Positions 35,418-38,156 of a DNA stretch of 38,156 nt are shown here, one piece after another. Made by a program: the position numbers and the translations under genes. How positions within the stretch are numbered: the stretch's first letter is position 1; the number at the start of each line of letters is the position of its first letter. Under the pieces are notes generated by a model. That model was not told where the DNA came from, did no database searches, and saw only the letters and a program-made list of their open reading frames with translations. Source of the DNA: a virus (taxonomy: Duplodnaviria > Caudoviricetes); the IMG/VR virus record IMGVR_UViG_3300049167_000231, positions 1 to 38,156 of that record. One strand, given 5' to 3'.

Positions 35418-36554
35418 ATGGACGGGTTTCGCGTTGCGGAGGACGGGTCCCCGCGTCTTACGCAAGCAGGCGACGCCCGAATTACAGAGCGGCTCGTCAC
35501 CGCCGCTGCCGCGCTTGTCGCGCTTTCGACGATCACGGGAACAGCGCTGCGCTCGGCAGACGCGGCGGCAAGCTTAGCGGCTCAATCAACGGCAGCGGCC
35601 AGCGCTCAGCGATTTTTGCCGGCATCGGCCGCTCTATCCGCGGCGAGCTACGCGACGGGGCAGCCGGTCATACAGACTGCTGGCGCGGCCAGCCTCTCTG
35701 CGACATCGGTCGTTACCGGCAACGCCCTGCGCATCGTCTATGCCGAGGGGGCGCTCGCTGCGGCGGGGTCGACTGCCGCCCAGCCCAATCTGGCGTTGCC
35801 AGCAAGCGCCAGCCTCACGGGCGTCTCGTCGACCGCTGCAAGCACTCTCCGCTCGACGCCAGCCGCGGCAACGCTTTCCGGGACGTCCGCGACCACTGCG
35901 AACGTTGTCGGCGTCTTCCCGCAGCAGGCGAACCTCACGGCTACGAGCTCGTGCAGCGCGGTTGTCGTCGCGGACGTTGCTGCCGGAGCCAGCGCCTTCG
36001 GTAGTTCGCTGGCAACAGCCACGGCTTCGCGATCCACACCCGCCAGCGCCAGCCTTTTGGGCTTCAGCGTTGCCGACGCGCAAGCGAACTTCACCTGGCC
36101 AGCGGCGGCGAACCTCGCTGGCTCAAGTCAGGTTTCGGCTGCGGCTTCGATCAAGCGTTATGCCGCTGCTGATCTGGTCGCGTCGTCGTCTATATCCGCC
36201 GCGCCTTCGCTGGCACTTCCCGCTTCCGCCAGTCTGGTGGCGCTCAGCTCGGTCTCGGCGACTGCAAGCCTCGCCCAGATGGCGCGCGCTTACCTCGGCG
36301 AGATCGCGGTCACCCGCATCACCCAGGGCGGTGATCGTCGCGTCACCGAAGACGGCCTCGTTCGCATCGCCGGTGAGCCGGTCGGGTCCAGCATAACGGG
36401 CCACGCCGAGGTCACACTATGGGCCGGGTCCACATCTGTGCGCCACAGCGGCGCCTGGGTCACGCCGGCCTGGATGGGGAAGAAGACGGGCGCCTGGCAC
36501 ACCGCCGCGTCCGCATACGTCAAAACAGCCGCCGGTTGGCGGCGCATCGCTTGA
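35418..36554 (+). CDS. Ala/Ser-rich repeat protein (putative fibre thread or ruler)
   Basis: 13 tandem 20-aa repeats flanked by EDG/TQxGD motifs; Trp-rich C-terminus. Confidence 0.75.
   Translation: MDGFRVAEDGSPRLTQAGDARITERLVTAAAALVALSTITGTALRSADAAASLAAQSTAAASAQRFLPASAALSAASYATGQPVIQTAGAASLSATSVVTGNALRIVYAEGALAAAGSTAAQPNLALPASASLTGVSSTAASTLRSTPAAATLSGTSATTANVVGVFPQQANLTATSSCSAVVVADVAAGASAFGSSLATATASRSTPASASLLGFSVADAQANFTWPAAANLAGSSQVSAAASIKRYAAADLVASSSISAAPSLALPASASLVALSSVSATASLAQMARAYLGEIAVTRITQGGDRRVTEDGLVRIAGEPVGSSITGHAEVTLWAGSTSVRHSGAWVTPAWMGKKTGAWHTAASAYVKTAAGWRRIA
35502..36281 (+). repeat. 13 x 60-bp (20-aa) degenerate coding tandem repeat
   Basis: Units begin AAAAL, AAASL, ASAAL, GAASL, AEGAL, ASASL, AAATL, QQANL, AGASA, ASASL, AAANL, AAADL, ASASL at an exact 20-residue period; consensus AxAxLx[AG]xS. 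Confidence 0.85.
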
Positions 36555-36561
36555 GGCCTCA

Positions 36562-37347
36562 ATGGCAGACGTGAAGATATCAGACCTGCCGGCGGCGGGG
36601 TCAGCCAATACGGCAATGGAGCTGGAGACCAATGACAGCGGCACCTCGCGCAAGGTGACGGTGTCCCAGATCATGGCCTTGGTCTCGGCAGCAATTGCGG
36701 CATATGTCGCGGCTCAGGACGTCGAGGTTCTGAAAGGCGCGATCGACTGCTCCGCCAATCCCAACTTTCCGGCAGCTGACGCCGGCCATGTCTATCGCGT
36801 CTCGGTTGCCGGCAAGATCGGCGGAGCTTCTGGCGTCGTCGTCGAGGCCGGTGACCGGTTGGAATGCTTCGTCGATGGCTCCGCCGCCGGCACGCAAGCC
36901 GCCGTGGGCGCGAACTGGCTCATAACCCAGGCCAACATCGTCGGATTGGGCACGGCCGCCTTTGCCGCCATCGGCGTCGCGGCCGGCAACGTCATCGCGC
37001 TCGACGGCTCAGGCAAGATACCTGCGCTCGACGCCTCTCAGCTGACCAATCTACCTGGCGGCGGCTCCTTCGCGAGCATCACTAACGCAAATTCTCCCTA
37101 TGCCGCAATCGCCAGCCGAGTGGTCCAGTGCACTTCGGGGACTATCACCGTGAATCTGCCCGCATCTCCTTCTGCCGGGGACACGGTCGTCGTCATGCGT
37201 GACGGCGCCGGCACGGTCACGGTCGGCAGGAACACCAAAACGATCTCCGGCGTGGCGGCTGACTTCGTGATCGACGTGGCCAACCGCGTCGCAACATTCA
37301 CCTACAGCGGCACGACATGGATCGTCGCCGGCGGAAGGGTCGCATAA
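36562..37347 (+). CDS. Second fibre protein with terminal LPASP domain
   Basis: MADVKISDLPAA N-terminus, LGTAA...G...GNV..LD..GKIP segment and C-terminal LPASPSAGDTV domain. Confidence 0.75.
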   Translation: MADVKISDLPAAGSANTAMELETNDSGTSRKVTVSQIMALVSAAIAAYVAAQDVEVLKGAIDCSANPNFPAADAGHVYRVSVAGKIGGASGVVVEAGDRLECFVDGSAAGTQAAVGANWLITQANIVGLGTAAFAAIGVAAGNVIALDGSGKIPALDASQLTNLPGGGSFASITNANSPYAAIASRVVQCTSGTITVNLPASPSAGDTVVVMRDGAGTVTVGRNTKTISGVAADFVIDVANRVATFTYSGTTWIVAGGRVA

Positions 37348-38156
37348 TGGCGAATTTCTCTGACGTTTTCCCTGAAGGCGGCGGAAGTGCCTTATTCCTC
37401 GATTGGGCAACATTTGTTCCAGGCTCTTACACGGTCGATGTTCCTGCTGGCGCGACCAAGGCTTTTTGCGTCTTGCTCGGCGGCGGCGGTGGCGGTGGCT
37501 CATCGGGCGTTGGCGGAGCTAACTTCCGCAACGGTGGTGATGGCGGCGGCAGCGGCGCATGGGGGCTTGTTGAGATTGACCTCTCTGGCGTCTCTACTCT
37601 TTCGGTTGTTGTCGGCGCCCCTGGGTTGGGGGCGGCCAGCGGCGCGGCTGGGCCAGGCGGCAGTGGGGGCACGTCTAGTGTCGGCGTCTTAATCAGTTGC
37701 AGCGGAGGCGCGGGCGGTCCAGCTGGCAAGGTCACCGCCGGCGGCACACCCGCCGCCGGGGGTACTGTAACTGGCGGCCTGCTCGGTTTGCCCGGCGCTG
37801 CGGGTGGTCTTGGCGGTCGCGGTGGCGTCATAGGTACGCCCGGTGGTGCGGGGGCGTCGGCGCCTCTCGGGCTTATCTCTGGCGTGAACGGCACAAATGC
37901 ATCCGGCACAGCAGCGGCTGGCGGACCAGGCGGTTCTGGTATTGGGGGGGCCGGTTACGCGCCGACCTCAGCGCAAGCCGGCCCAGGGGGCGGATCGGGC
38001 GGGCCGGCCACTTCGACGACGTCTGCCGGGCCTGACCTCGCTGGTAATATTCCCGCGACGGATGCGTTTGCTTCGGCTCAAGGAATGTCGGGAGCAACCT
38101 CGCTCTACGACTTGCTCATGCGACTTGGGGTGACAGGCAGCGGAGCGCCTGGCGTG
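37347..38156 (+). CDS. Glycine-rich fibre tip / adhesin-like protein 2 (partial; not in the ORF track)
   Basis: ATG 37347 overlaps the upstream TAA; open for 270 codons to the window end; VPAGAT.....LGGGGGGG motif. Confidence 0.8.
   Translation, partial: MANFSDVFPEGGGSALFLDWATFVPGSYTVDVPAGATKAFCVLLGGGGGGGSSGVGGANFRNGGDGGGSGAWGLVEIDLSGVSTLSVVVGAPGLGAASGAAGPGGSGGTSSVGVLISCSGGAGGPAGKVTAGGTPAAGGTVTGGLLGLPGAAGGLGGRGGVIGTPGGAGASAPLGLISGVNGTNASGTAAAGGPGGSGIGGAGYAPTSAQAGPGGGSGGPATSTTSAGPDLAGNIPATDAFASAQGMSGATSLYDLLMRLGVTGSGAPGV

Larger units (their letters stand above)
716..38156. mobile_element. Prophage (lambda-like cos/head module, Mu-like contractile tail); right end beyond the window
   Basis: Integrase abuts the tRNA, followed by repressor/cro, replication, terminase, portal, capsid, sheath, tube, baseplate and fibre genes in canonical order. 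attL is inferred in the tRNA 3' half. Confidence 0.93.

Noticed and set aside
31636-38156. Diversity-generating retroelement or invertible fibre cassette
   Set aside because: No reverse transcriptase, invertase, near-identical template/variable repeat pair or inverted fibre segment is visible in the window.

Overview
The window holds the left ~37.4 kb of an apparently intact temperate prophage in a high-GC genome. The promoter style and protein families suggest an alphaproteobacterial (Rhizobiales-like) host, which is inference. The prophage is integrated at the 3' end of an elongator tRNA-Met(CAT) gene (639-715). Gene order: one host gene; the tRNA; a large serine integrase whose 3' end runs antisense into the tRNA; a tightly coupled leftward early operon (HTH protein, ParB-like protein, stand-alone ClpX-type zinc finger, unknowns); a CI/Cro switch with recognisable promoters and operator repeats; a minimal replication module (SF2 helicase, small wHTH protein, four palindromic iteron-like repeats with an IHF-consensus site); an accessory patch (orphan nucleotidyltransferase, exported morons, candidate sRNA); a lambda-like cos site, terminase and head module; a Mu-like contractile tail with a PAAR-like tip; and an elaborate fibre region that continues off the window. 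The most notable items are a 13 x 20-aa repeat protein next to a small beta-rich subunit (possible ruler-and-bead fibre with a second adhesin), an integrase C-terminus that a G6 run could toggle, a repressor that appears non-cleavable, and an exported Cys-rich moron abutting the tape-measure muralytic domain. Lysis genes and attR are not in the window. All family assignments come from motif recognition and gene order, not database searches.
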